Position numbers and translations under genes: made by a program | Notes under the pieces: model-generated | Databases searched by the model: none | What the model was told of the DNA's origin: nothing | Seen by the model: only the letters and a program-made list of their open reading frames with translations | Shown here: piece by piece, positions 25,980 through 34,820 of the stretch | Layout: each line of letters starts with the position of its first letter | How positions within the stretch are numbered: the stretch's first letter is position 1 | Assembly: GCA_034666965.1 (NCBI GenBank) | Contig: JAXDKT010000161.1 | Span: 5,603 to 69,602, forward strand | Origin: Chloroflexota bacterium | GTDB taxonomy: Bacteria > Chloroflexota > Limnocylindria > Limnocylindrales > CSP1-4 | Direction of reading: 5' to 3' | DNA length: 64,000 nt

Positions 25980-27955
25980 CGGCCGCTCACGATCACGAGG
26001 TACGAGCCGGCCATCACGATGAGCCCGATGGCGATCCCCAGGGCGTAGTTCTGGACCCGTCCCGTCTGGACCCGGCGCAGACCCGTGCCGAGCCCGCGGG
26101 CGAGCGCCCCCAGCCCGTTGACGGTGCCGTCCACGATCGTTCGGTCGAACCACCAGCAGGCCGTCGCGATCCGCCCGCCGACCCGGATGAAGAGCAGGTC
26201 GTTGAGCTCGTCGAACCACCACTTGTTGAGGGACGCGCGGTACAGGAAGCGGGTCGCGGCGTTCGCCTCGGCGATGGCGGTGACCTGCTCCGGACGCGGC
26301 GCCCGACGCAGGCCGAGCAGCTCGACTCCGAAGAAGTGCCAGGCGACCAGGATGCCGACGGTGGCGATGCCGACGCTGGCCAGGATCAGCGCCCCGTCGA
26401 TCCCGAACAGGCTGAACGCCGCCTCCGGATGGCCCGAGGCCGCGAGCGTCTCGGCAAAGACCGGCTCGAGCCAGGTGTGGATGAGGCTGTTCCCGAAGGG
26501 CAGACCCAGGACCAAGCCCAGGAAGATCGTGGGGATGGCCAGGATCACCAGGGGCACCGTCATCGACGGCGGCGACTCGTGGACCAGGGGCTCGATCTCG
26601 GGCGCGACATGGCTCGGGCCCCAGAAGGTCATGCCCATCAGCCGGAACATGTAGAAGGCGGTCATCCCGGCGACCACGAAACCGATCGCCCACACGACCA
26701 GGAAGCCGTTCTTGAACGCCTCGGCCAGGATCTCGTCCTTGCTGAAGAAGCCCGCCAGGGGTGGGATGCCCGCGATCGCCAGCGAGCCGATGAGCGTCGT
26801 CCAGTACGTGATCGGGATCCTTCGCCACAGGCCGCCCATCCGGCGCATGTCCTGCTCTTCGTGGACGGCGTGGATGACCGAGCCCGAATCGAGGAAGAGG
26901 AGGCCCTTGAAGAAGCCATGGGCCATCAGGTGGAAGATTGCGGCGGTCCACGCCCCGACTCCCAGCGCCGCGAACATGTAGCCGAGCTGGGACAGGGTCG
27001 AGTAGGCCAGCACGCGCTTGATGTCGGTCTGGGTGAAGGCGATCGAGGCGGCCAGGATCGCGGTGAAGATGCCGATCGCGGCGACCACGACCATCGCGCT
27101 CTGGGCGTGGCCGAAGATCGGGTTGGCCCGAGCCACCAGGTAGACCCCGGCGTTGACCATCGTCGCGGCGTGGATCAGGGCCGAGACCGGGGTGGGCCCC
27201 TCCATCGCGTCGGGCAGCCAGACGTGGAGCGGGAACTGGGCGCTCTTGCCGGCCGCCCCGCAGAACACCAGCAGGGCGATGGCCGTGATCGTGGGCTGGT
27301 CGAGCTCGCCGATCCGGGCCAGGACCTCCTGGACATTGAGCGTCCCGAGGCTGACGAAGATGAGCATGATCCCGAGGGCGAAGCCGACGTCACCCACCCG
27401 GTTGACGATGAATGCCTTCTTGCTGGCCAGCGCGGCGCTGCGTTTGCGGTACCAGAAGCCGATGAGCAGGTAGCTCGACAGACCGACCAGCTCCCAGGCC
27501 ACGAAGATCACCAGGAAGTTGTCGGCAAGGACGAGCAGGAGCATCGAGAACATGAACAGGTTGAGGTAGGCAAAGAAGCGCCACGTGCCCGGGTCGTGGC
27601 TCATGTACCCGATCGAATAGATGTGGACGAGCATCCCGATCGTGGTCACCACGATGAGCAGGCAAGCCGTCAGCGCGTCGACGTGGAAGCCGGCCTCCAC
27701 CACGAACTTGCCGGCCGGGATCCACTGCCACAGGCCGATCGAGTGGCCGTGCTCCCCGAACGGCTCGGCCCGGCCAAGGGCCGCGGCCGCGACGACCATC
27801 GCGGCCACCCAGCTGACGACCACGGCGCCGATCGGCAGCGCGCTCGCAGCATTGCGGCCGGAGCGGGCCTGCAGCCGCCGCCCGAACAGGGCGGTGAAGG
27901 CGAAACCGGCGAGGGGCAGCGTCGGAACGATCAGGATGAGGAGGTCGTAGGGCAT
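25976..27955 (-). CDS. nuoL: NADH-quinone oxidoreductase subunit L
   Basis: 659 aa. Antiporter-like core plus long C-terminal helix region. Confidence 0.9.
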   Translation of the reverse strand: MPYDLLILIVPTLPLAGFAFTALFGRRLQARSGRNAASALPIGAVVVSWVAAMVVAAAALGRAEPFGEHGHSIGLWQWIPAGKFVVEAGFHVDALTACLLIVVTTIGMLVHIYSIGYMSHDPGTWRFFAYLNLFMFSMLLLVLADNFLVIFVAWELVGLSSYLLIGFWYRKRSAALASKKAFIVNRVGDVGFALGIMLIFVSLGTLNVQEVLARIGELDQPTITAIALLVFCGAAGKSAQFPLHVWLPDAMEGPTPVSALIHAATMVNAGVYLVARANPIFGHAQSAMVVVAAIGIFTAILAASIAFTQTDIKRVLAYSTLSQLGYMFAALGVGAWTAAIFHLMAHGFFKGLLFLDSGSVIHAVHEEQDMRRMGGLWRRIPITYWTTLIGSLAIAGIPPLAGFFSKDEILAEAFKNGFLVVWAIGFVVAGMTAFYMFRLMGMTFWGPSHVAPEIEPLVHESPPSMTVPLVILAIPTIFLGLVLGLPFGNSLIHTWLEPVFAETLAASGHPEAAFSLFGIDGALILASVGIATVGILVAWHFFGVELLGLRRAPRPEQVTAIAEANAATRFLYRASLNKWWFDELNDLLFIRVGGRIATACWWFDRTIVDGTVNGLGALARGLGTGLRRVQTGRVQNYALGIAIGLIVMAGSYLVIVSGR

Positions 27956-27958
27956 CGG

Positions 27959-28270
27959 CTACTGCCGCATCGCGTCGTACTCGTCGACCAGCGGCGTCCG
28001 CCGGTTGCGGAAGATGGCGATCACGATGGCCAGCCCGACGGTCGCCTCGCCGGCCGCCACGGCGATCACGATCAGGGCAATGATCGATCCCTGCTCGCGC
28101 AGGAGCGGGTTGAACGCCCCGAAGGCGACGATCGCCAGGTTGACGGCGTTGAGCATCAGCTCGATTGACATGAGCATGCTGATCGCGTTGCGGCGGGCCA
28201 GGAAGCCGAACGTGCCGATGCAGAACAGCAGCGCCGACAGGATCAGGTAGGCGTCCAGCGAGTTGATCAT
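27959..28270 (-). CDS. nuoK: NADH-quinone oxidoreductase subunit K
   Basis: 103-aa three-TM protein MINSLDAYLILSALLF... with a conserved Glu in the TM. ATG 28270 overlaps the nuoJ stop. Confidence 0.9.
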   Translation of the reverse strand: MINSLDAYLILSALLFCIGTFGFLARRNAISMLMSIELMLNAVNLAIVAFGAFNPLLREQGSIIALIVIAVAAGEATVGLAIVIAIFRNRRTPLVDEYDAMRQ

Positions 28271-28818
28271 CCGCGGTCGGTCGCTTCCCCCTGGTCGAGC
28301 TCGCGCTTGGCCAGGTAGATGCCACCGATCACGGCGGCCAGGAGCAGGACGCTGACGACCTCGAACGGCAGCACGAAATCCCGGAACAGGATCCGGGCCA
28401 GCTCCGCGGTCCCCACCTGGAGCCGTTCCGCCGCCGCCCCCCAGTCGGTGGCACCGATGACCAGGACCAGGATCAGCGCCAGGATCACGGCCAGGATCGC
28501 CGCCGGGACGGCCTGGGTCTGGAACACCAGCCGGACCGGGGCGGCCTTGGTCTGGGTGAGCATGATCGCGAACAGGACCAGGACGCTGATGGCGCCGATG
28601 TAGATGAGCACCTGAGCGCCGGCGATGAGCGGCGCGCCGAGGATCACGTAGATCCCGGCCAGCGCCCCGAAGCACACGATCATCGCCAGGCCGCAGCGGA
28701 TGATGTCGCGCATCACCACGACCAGCAGGCCCGAGCCCAGGAGCAGCGCGGCGAAGGCCAGGAACAGGAGGTCGTTCCAGCTCAGCCCGATGAACGGGAT
28801 CGTGTCCGGGATCGCCAC
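28267..28818 (-). CDS. nuoJ: NADH-quinone oxidoreductase subunit J
   Basis: 183-aa five-TM protein. Position and composition typical of NuoJ. Confidence 0.85.
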   Translation of the reverse strand: MAIPDTIPFIGLSWNDLLFLAFAALLLGSGLLVVVMRDIIRCGLAMIVCFGALAGIYVILGAPLIAGAQVLIYIGAISVLVLFAIMLTQTKAAPVRLVFQTQAVPAAILAVILALILVLVIGATDWGAAAERLQVGTAELARILFRDFVLPFEVVSVLLLAAVIGGIYLAKRELDQGEATDRG

Positions 28819-28836
28819 CGCGCCCTCCTTCCTCGG

Positions 28837-31446
28837 CTACTCGTGGTGGGCGTGGCGGCCGCCCGCGCCACCGTGCCCATTCCCGCCATGGGCGCCGCCG
28901 TGCCCGTTGGGGCCGTTGGGACCGGCGGCGATCGACGGTGGCAGGACCGGCAGCAGCCGGCTCGGGTCGGGCAGGCGACCGGCGACCCGGGCTCGCTCCA
29001 TCCAGTCCGCCTCGCGCCGGATGTAGGTCGCCTCGGTCTCCATGTCGACCGCGGCCAGGGCGATGAGGTCGATCATCGGCTCTTCCCGGCTGGTATGCGA
29101 CAGCTCGAACTGATCGCTGTGGCGCAGGGCGTCATAGGGGCAGGCGTCGACGCAGATGCCGCACAGGATGCAGCGGCTCTCGTCGACCTCGTACTTCTCC
29201 AGGACCCGCGGCTTGGGCATCAGCGCCCCGGTCGGACAGGTCTCCGCGCAGCGCCCGCACGACACGCACGGCGTGTCGTTGAGGCTCATGTCGAGGGGTG
29301 TCGTCACCAGCGTGTCGAAGCCGATTCTCATGAAGTCGTAGCAGGCCGCGCCGACGACCTCGGAGCAGACCTGGGCGCAGCGGCCGCAGTCGATGCAGCG
29401 CGACGGCTCGCGCAGGATGAACGCGTGGCTGTCGTCCCGGATGTAGTCGTGGTTGACCCCGGTGAACCGGTTCTCGGTGACGCTCCGGTAGCCGGCGCCC
29501 TGGTGATACGCGGGCTCGAGCGTCTTGAGGGTGGTCCCGTACTCGATCCCGAGCCGGCGCAGGTCGCAGAAGCCGATCGCCTCGCAGGTGCACTGGAGAC
29601 AGCGGGTCGACTCGGCCACGGCCTCGGCCGGCGTGTAGGGGATCTCGTACTCGACGTAGCTCTTGTTCCGGATCTCGGCGTCCATCGCCTTCATCCGGTA
29701 GCGAGGCTCCTTGACCTCGCTGGTGAAGGGCACGATCGACAGGAACTCGGGCTGCGGCTCGGCCAGGGTCTGGCGGGTCTTGATCGTCGACAGGTCGAGA
29801 CCCTTGAGATAGGCGTCGGCGGCGTATGACGCCCGGCGGCCCTCCGCGATGGCCTGCACGACCGTCGCCGCGCCGATCCGGACGTCGCCCGTCCCGAACA
29901 CGCCCGCTCGGTCGGTCTCGAAGGTGACCGCGTCGGCCTTCAGCCGGCGCTGCTTGGTGGGCTGGGGCCCCTCGGAGCCGGGCCCGATCCAGGACAGGTC
30001 GGGGCCCTGGCCGATGGCCAGCAGGACCCGATCGCAGTCGATCGTGAACTCGGTCCCGGGCATCGGCTCCGGCCGACGCCTTCCGGAGGCGTCCGCTTCG
30101 CCCAGCTTGTTGCGGATGAACTCGACCCCGGTCACCTTGCCGGCCTCATCGACGATGACCCGGGTGGGAGCGGCCTGGAAGATGGCCTGGACGCCTTCTT
30201 CGATGGCCTCGTGGACCTCGTTCGCGGCCGGCATGTCCTTCATGTCCCGGCGGTAGACCAAGGTCACCTCGCCGGCCCCCTGGCGGATCGACGTCCGCGA
30301 GCAGTCCATCGAGGTGAAGCCACCGCCGATGACCACGACCCGCTTGCCGGCGTGACCCGGGTAGGGCAGGCCGAGGGTCGCGGTCTGGAGGTACTCCAGC
30401 CCGTCGATCACGCCATCGGCATCCTCGTTGGGAACCCCCAGCTTGTTGGTGTCGTAGCAGCCGATCGCGACCAGGACCGCATCGAAGCCTTGGCCCTGCA
30501 GGTCGTCGAGGGTGAAGTCGCGCCCGAGACCCTGACCGCACACGATCTTGCCGCCGAGCCGCGTCACCGACTCGTACTCGGCCTCGAGGACCTCGACCTT
30601 GGGCAGACGATACTGGGGGATCCCGTAGCGGAGCATCCCGCCGGGCGCCGCGTCGCGCTCGAAGACGGTCACCTCGTGGCCGGCCAGGAGGAGGTAGTAG
30701 GCGGCGCTCATGCCGGCCGGACCGGAGCCGATGACGGCGGCCCGTCGGCCACTCCTGGCCTGGGGCTCGAAGGGCAGCGGCGGATCCAGTCCGTCATCGA
30801 GCATCGCCTTGAGGACCTGGTCGCCGGCGTAGCGGTGGCTGTCCCGGATGGCGATCGCCTCGTCGACCTCGTCGCGCCGGCAGTGCTCCTCGCAGGGCGC
30901 CGGGCAGACCCGGCCGAGCACGCTCGGGAAGGGGATCGTCCGCTTGAAGATCCGGGTCGACTCGCGCCAGTCGCCCTCGGCGTTCTGCTTGAGGAAGCCC
31001 GGGATGTCGATGTGGCTGGGGCACTTGTTCTGGCACGGCGGCAGGCAGTAGGCGTTGTGGTCGCTGAAGATCAGCTCGAGGTTGGTCGCCCGCAACCGGC
31101 GCAGCTCCTCGGTCTGGGTCTGGACCTTCATGTCCGGCTCGCACGCTCGCGAGCAGCTGATCGGCGGACACTCCTCCCCCTCGACCTCGACCACGCACAT
31201 CCGGCACGCGCCAAAGCCGGGCAGCTTGGGTTCGTAGCACAGGGTCGGGATCTCGATCCCGTTGTCGCGACAGACCTCCAGGATGGTCTGCCCCGCGTGA
31301 CCATCGACGACCCGGCCGTCGACCTCGATTCGGAAGCCGGGACTGGCCTGCGGCCGCTGCGGCGCCGGGGTCGTCAGGAGCCGTTCGGCAAGCGAATCCG
31401 GCTGGTCCTGGGGCTGGGCGTCGGGTCTGATGATCAGGTCGGTCAT
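28837..31446 (-). CDS. 869-aa fusion: NuoG/HydA-type N-terminal Fe-S domain ([2Fe-2S] plus His-Cys3 [4Fe-4S]), GltD/NfnB-type FAD/NAD(P)H oxidoreductase, and NuoI-type 2x[4Fe-4S] ferredoxin C-domain. It occupies the nuoG/nuoI slot.
   Basis: ATG 31446 (MTDLIIRPD), 11 nt after the nuoF stop. [2Fe-2S]: PTLCYEPKLPGFGACRMCVVEV...ISCSRAC. H-x3-C-x2-C-x5-C: HNAYCLPPCQNKCPSH. GltD-like: RAAVIGSGPAGMSAAYYL, GKRVVVIGGGFTSMDCSRTSIRQGA, VFGTGDV. Ferredoxin: CIDCGRCAQVC, CVSCGRCAETCP, CILCGICVDACPYDAL...FELSH (NuoI C-terminal-like). Gly/His-rich tail. Confidence 0.8.
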   Translation of the reverse strand: MTDLIIRPDAQPQDQPDSLAERLLTTPAPQRPQASPGFRIEVDGRVVDGHAGQTILEVCRDNGIEIPTLCYEPKLPGFGACRMCVVEVEGEECPPISCSRACEPDMKVQTQTEELRRLRATNLELIFSDHNAYCLPPCQNKCPSHIDIPGFLKQNAEGDWRESTRIFKRTIPFPSVLGRVCPAPCEEHCRRDEVDEAIAIRDSHRYAGDQVLKAMLDDGLDPPLPFEPQARSGRRAAVIGSGPAGMSAAYYLLLAGHEVTVFERDAAPGGMLRYGIPQYRLPKVEVLEAEYESVTRLGGKIVCGQGLGRDFTLDDLQGQGFDAVLVAIGCYDTNKLGVPNEDADGVIDGLEYLQTATLGLPYPGHAGKRVVVIGGGFTSMDCSRTSIRQGAGEVTLVYRRDMKDMPAANEVHEAIEEGVQAIFQAAPTRVIVDEAGKVTGVEFIRNKLGEADASGRRRPEPMPGTEFTIDCDRVLLAIGQGPDLSWIGPGSEGPQPTKQRRLKADAVTFETDRAGVFGTGDVRIGAATVVQAIAEGRRASYAADAYLKGLDLSTIKTRQTLAEPQPEFLSIVPFTSEVKEPRYRMKAMDAEIRNKSYVEYEIPYTPAEAVAESTRCLQCTCEAIGFCDLRRLGIEYGTTLKTLEPAYHQGAGYRSVTENRFTGVNHDYIRDDSHAFILREPSRCIDCGRCAQVCSEVVGAACYDFMRIGFDTLVTTPLDMSLNDTPCVSCGRCAETCPTGALMPKPRVLEKYEVDESRCILCGICVDACPYDALRHSDQFELSHTSREEPMIDLIALAAVDMETEATYIRREADWMERARVAGRLPDPSRLLPVLPPSIAAGPNGPNGHGGAHGGNGHGGAGGRHAHHE

Positions 31447-31457
31447 CGGGCGCCTCG

Positions 31458-32795
31458 TCAGGCCCGTCCGGCGAGGGCCACCGCGATCGGGTGACACACG
31501 CCCGCGGGGCAGGTGCTGCGGAGGAGGTGATCGTCCAGCTCGGGCCGGAAGTATCGCATCGCGCTGGTTGTCGGAAGCGTCGCGAGCCGCTCGTGGTCGC
31601 ACAGGGCCGAGCCCACGATGTCGCTGGCCAGGTCGAGCGCCAGAGCGGCATCGCCCGGCCGGGGGGTCCCCGCGGCCATCCGATCGACGATCTCCGACAG
31701 GCGCCGCGTGCCGATCCGGCAGGGGATCGTCTTGCCGCAGGCCTGGTCGGCGCAGAACCGGGTCAACAGTCGGGCCAGATCGACGATGCAGGCTTGGTCG
31801 TCGGCGACCACGATGGAGCCCGAACCAATGTGGGCGTCGACGGCCCGAAGGGCGTCGTATTCGTAGGGCGTGTCGAGGAGGTCGGGTGGCAGGAAGCCCC
31901 CCGAAGGGCCGCCAACGAGAACGGCCTTGATCGGACGCTCGGGCTCGCTTCCGCGCCCACGAGCGTGGACGAGATCGACCAGGTCCCGCAGCTTCGTTCC
32001 GATTGGCACCTCGGCGATGCCCGCGCCGCCCGGTCCCCGGAGCTGGACCAGGATCGTCCCGGGGCTCGCCTTCGAGCCGATCGCGGCATACGCCTCAGCC
32101 CCGTGGTTCACGATCCAGGGGACCGCGGCCAGGGTCTGCACGTTGTGGACCAGCGTGGGGCGCCCGAAAAGTCCCTGCTCGGCTGGGTGCGGTGGACGTT
32201 GCTCGGGCTGCCCGCGCTTGCCCTCCAGCGCCTTGAGCAGGACGGTCTCCTCGCCCAACATGTAGGCGCCCTGAACGGGTCGGATCTCGATCCGCACCGG
32301 CCAGCCCGTCTCGACCGCGTCGGGGCCGATCAGGCCGGTCTCCTCGGCCGCGGAGATTGCTGCCTCGAGCGTCCGGATTGCCGCTTCGGCATCGGATCGA
32401 ACTGCGATGAAGCCTTGGCGGGCGTCGATCGCATAGGCCGCCAGGGCCATCCCCTCGATCACCGCGAACGGGGCCCGCTCGAGGAGCGTGCGGTCGGTCT
32501 GGACGGCGGGATCCGCGCCATAGCCGTTGGCCACGACGTAGCGACGGGCCTCGGGAGCGCTGGCTGCGGCACGCCACTTGGTCCCGCTCGGGAAGCCCGC
32601 CCCGCCGCGACCGCGCAGGCCCGAGCCGGCCACGGCGGTCACGACCTGGCTCGGGGTCATCGCTCGGACTGCGGTCTTGAGCGCCTCGAAGGCCCCGGTC
32701 CGGATCGCGCTGTCGAGATCGGTGGGATCGCCGCCGTCAGTCGCGGGCAGGAGCACCCGCGGCCAGCTCGAAGGAGTCGCGAGCAGGTTTGTCAC
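31458..32795 (-). CDS. nuoF: NADH-quinone oxidoreductase subunit F (FMN, N3 cluster), divergent
   Basis: GLRGRGGAGFPSGTKW (FMN/phosphate loop), YVVANGYGADP (NADH site, diverged), CGKTIPCRIG ... ALCDHE (N3 Cys ligands). Confidence 0.85.
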   Translation of the reverse strand: MTNLLATPSSWPRVLLPATDGGDPTDLDSAIRTGAFEALKTAVRAMTPSQVVTAVAGSGLRGRGGAGFPSGTKWRAAASAPEARRYVVANGYGADPAVQTDRTLLERAPFAVIEGMALAAYAIDARQGFIAVRSDAEAAIRTLEAAISAAEETGLIGPDAVETGWPVRIEIRPVQGAYMLGEETVLLKALEGKRGQPEQRPPHPAEQGLFGRPTLVHNVQTLAAVPWIVNHGAEAYAAIGSKASPGTILVQLRGPGGAGIAEVPIGTKLRDLVDLVHARGRGSEPERPIKAVLVGGPSGGFLPPDLLDTPYEYDALRAVDAHIGSGSIVVADDQACIVDLARLLTRFCADQACGKTIPCRIGTRRLSEIVDRMAAGTPRPGDAALALDLASDIVGSALCDHERLATLPTTSAMRYFRPELDDHLLRSTCPAGVCHPIAVALAGRA

Positions 32796-33463
32796 CGTTC
32801 GCCCGCCGGTGCGTCGTCGGCCGCGTCCGGTCGGGCGCCTCGCCCGCTGAGAGCGCCGTCGAGCGCGCCCAGGTAGGCCTCGTCCGCGCGCCCCGGCGCC
32901 GCCGCGGGAGCGCCGACCGCCAGGTGGTCGTAGTAGGTGGCCGTGCCGTAGAGCATGGCGTACCAGGCACCGGTCGACTGGCTCACCCGCTTGAGCGCCG
33001 CGACGGGAACGTAGCCGTACTCGGCCTGGATCGCGGCGAGGATCCCGAGGAGCTCCTTGGGATCGTGGTCGAAGCCCTCGAGGATTTCGTCGACGGCGTG
33101 CAGATCGATCCCGTGGAAGTGCTCATAAACCGGGTCGGGAACGGTCCGTCCGGCGCGCCGGAGGGCCGACTCCTCGCGCCGTTCGCCATAGGTCTCGGGC
33201 GGGCCCCAGTGGATCGCATAGCGGCCCTTGGTGTCGACGCCACCCATGTCGATGCACTCGACCGGGCAGGCCTGGGCGCATTGGAAGCAGGTCTCGCATT
33301 TGAGCGTCCCGTACTCGTCGTAGAGCAGCTGCAGACGCCCCCGGAACTTGGGCGGGATGCTGGCCGGGACCTCGGGATAGAGGTTGGTGACCTTGGGCTC
33401 GAAGAAGCGGCGCAGGGTCAGGGCCATGCCCCGAACCAGACCGAGTCCGGGCACGAAGCTCAT
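32792..33463 (-). CDS. chimeric 223-aa protein: NuoI N-terminal half (one CxxCxxCxxxCP motif) fused to a cysteine-less NuoE-like thioredoxin-fold N-domain
   Basis: LRRFFEPKVTNLYPEVPASIPPKFRGRLQL ... CETCFQCAQACPVECIDM is the NuoI N-terminus plus its first Fe-S motif. The second motif is absent. The C-terminal half, HAVDEILEGFDHDPKELLGILAAIQAEYGYVPVAALKRVSQSTGAWYAMLYGTATYYDHL, resembles the NuoE N-domain but carries no Cys for N1a. Confidence 0.7.
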   Translation of the reverse strand: MSFVPGLGLVRGMALTLRRFFEPKVTNLYPEVPASIPPKFRGRLQLLYDEYGTLKCETCFQCAQACPVECIDMGGVDTKGRYAIHWGPPETYGERREESALRRAGRTVPDPVYEHFHGIDLHAVDEILEGFDHDPKELLGILAAIQAEYGYVPVAALKRVSQSTGAWYAMLYGTATYYDHLAVGAPAAAPGRADEAYLGALDGALSGRGARPDAADDAPAGER

Positions 33464-33473
33464 CGGGTGGTCC

Positions 33474-34820
33474 TCATCGGATGCCGTCCACGACCAGGAT
33501 GGCCAGGGCGGTCACGAACAGGTTGAGCAGCGAAGCGGGCAACAGCCACTTCCAGGCGAAGCCCATGAGCTGATCGATCCGGACCCGCGGCAACGTTCCG
33601 CGCATCCACACGAAGAGGAATACGAAGCCATACGTCTTGGTCAGGAACCAGAGCAGGCCCACGACCCAGTCGAAGCTGAGGAATGCGAACCCGACGAGCG
33701 CCGCCACGGCCACCAGGTTGAACAGGACGAAGCCGATGACCAGCGCCTGCCACAGCTTGACCTGGCTGTTGACGAGGTAGAAGGGCAGGCCCAGGACCAA
33801 GATTCCCAGCGGCGGGATGAGCGCCAGGGCGAACAGCAGGCCGATGCCCATGCCGCTCAGATCGGGCTGGGCCACGATCGGCCAGGGCCAGTCGAAGGGC
33901 GCGTTCCAGCCGCCCATGAAGAGGGCCACCGTCAGGCCCGAGACGATGAACACGTTGACGTACTCGGCGAAGAAGAAGAACCCGAAGCGCATACCCGAGT
34001 ACTCGGTGGCGAACCCGGCCACGATCTCGGAGTCCGCCTCGGTCAGGTCGAACGGGGTCCGGTTCGCCTCAGCGGTCGCGGCGATGAAGAAGATCACGAA
34101 GGCCAGTGGCTGCCGGAAGACGTACCAGTCGAACAGGCTGCCGGACTGGTTGAGGGTGATCTGGTTGACGCTCAGGGTTCCCGACAGCAGGACGATCCCG
34201 ACCACCGACAGGGTCAGCGGGATCTCGTAGCTCACGATCTGGGCCGCCGCCCGAAGCCCGCCCAGCAGCGAGTACTTGTTGAAGCTGGACCAGCCGGCCA
34301 TCAGCAACCCGACCACGCCCAGCCCGCCCATGGCGAAGAAGTAGAGCAGCCCGATGTTGAGGTCCAGGCCGAACAGGCCGGGAGCGAACGGGACCACGAC
34401 CAGGGTCATGACGCTGGCGACATAGACCACGATCGGGGCCCAGGTGAACACCAGCGGGTCGGCCCCGGTCGGGGTGAAGTCCTCTTTCATCAGGACCTTG
34501 AGCCCGTGGACCACCGACAGCAGCGAGCCATACGGCCCGACCCGGTCGGGACCGTAGCGCAGGTTCATCAGGGCGATGACCTTCATCTCCATGTAGATGA
34601 TCAGGAAGGCCGTCGGGACGGTCATCAGCAGGATGATGGTTGCGGCCACGACGAAGCGGACGAGCGGCACGTTGTCGCCCAGGAAGGTCAGGACCACCGG
34701 TCCGACGATGACCACGGCTGCGGTCAGGCCGGCGGCCAGGACGAGCAGCAGGGGCACGGCCGTGAACACGATCTTGCCCGGCAGGGTCAGGCGGCCGAAC
34801 GTCCGACTGAGCATCGCCAT
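33474..34820 (-). CDS. nuoH: NADH-quinone oxidoreductase subunit H
   Basis: 448-aa polytopic protein with the conserved NuoH loop AGWSSFNKYSLLGGLRAAAQIVSYEI and the quinone-site EYxxxxF-like segment TEYSGMRFGFFFFAEY. Confidence 0.9.
   Translation of the reverse strand: MAMLSRTFGRLTLPGKIVFTAVPLLLVLAAGLTAAVVIVGPVVLTFLGDNVPLVRFVVAATIILLMTVPTAFLIIYMEMKVIALMNLRYGPDRVGPYGSLLSVVHGLKVLMKEDFTPTGADPLVFTWAPIVVYVASVMTLVVVPFAPGLFGLDLNIGLLYFFAMGGLGVVGLLMAGWSSFNKYSLLGGLRAAAQIVSYEIPLTLSVVGIVLLSGTLSVNQITLNQSGSLFDWYVFRQPLAFVIFFIAATAEANRTPFDLTEADSEIVAGFATEYSGMRFGFFFFAEYVNVFIVSGLTVALFMGGWNAPFDWPWPIVAQPDLSGMGIGLLFALALIPPLGILVLGLPFYLVNSQVKLWQALVIGFVLFNLVAVAALVGFAFLSFDWVVGLLWFLTKTYGFVFLFVWMRGTLPRVRIDQLMGFAWKWLLPASLLNLFVTALAILVVDGIR

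Noticed and set aside
24423-26951. The 842-aa ORF treated as a single nuoM gene
   Set aside because: NuoM homology begins at ATG 25979 (MIVEGSS…). The upstream 320 codons overlap nuoL in another frame.
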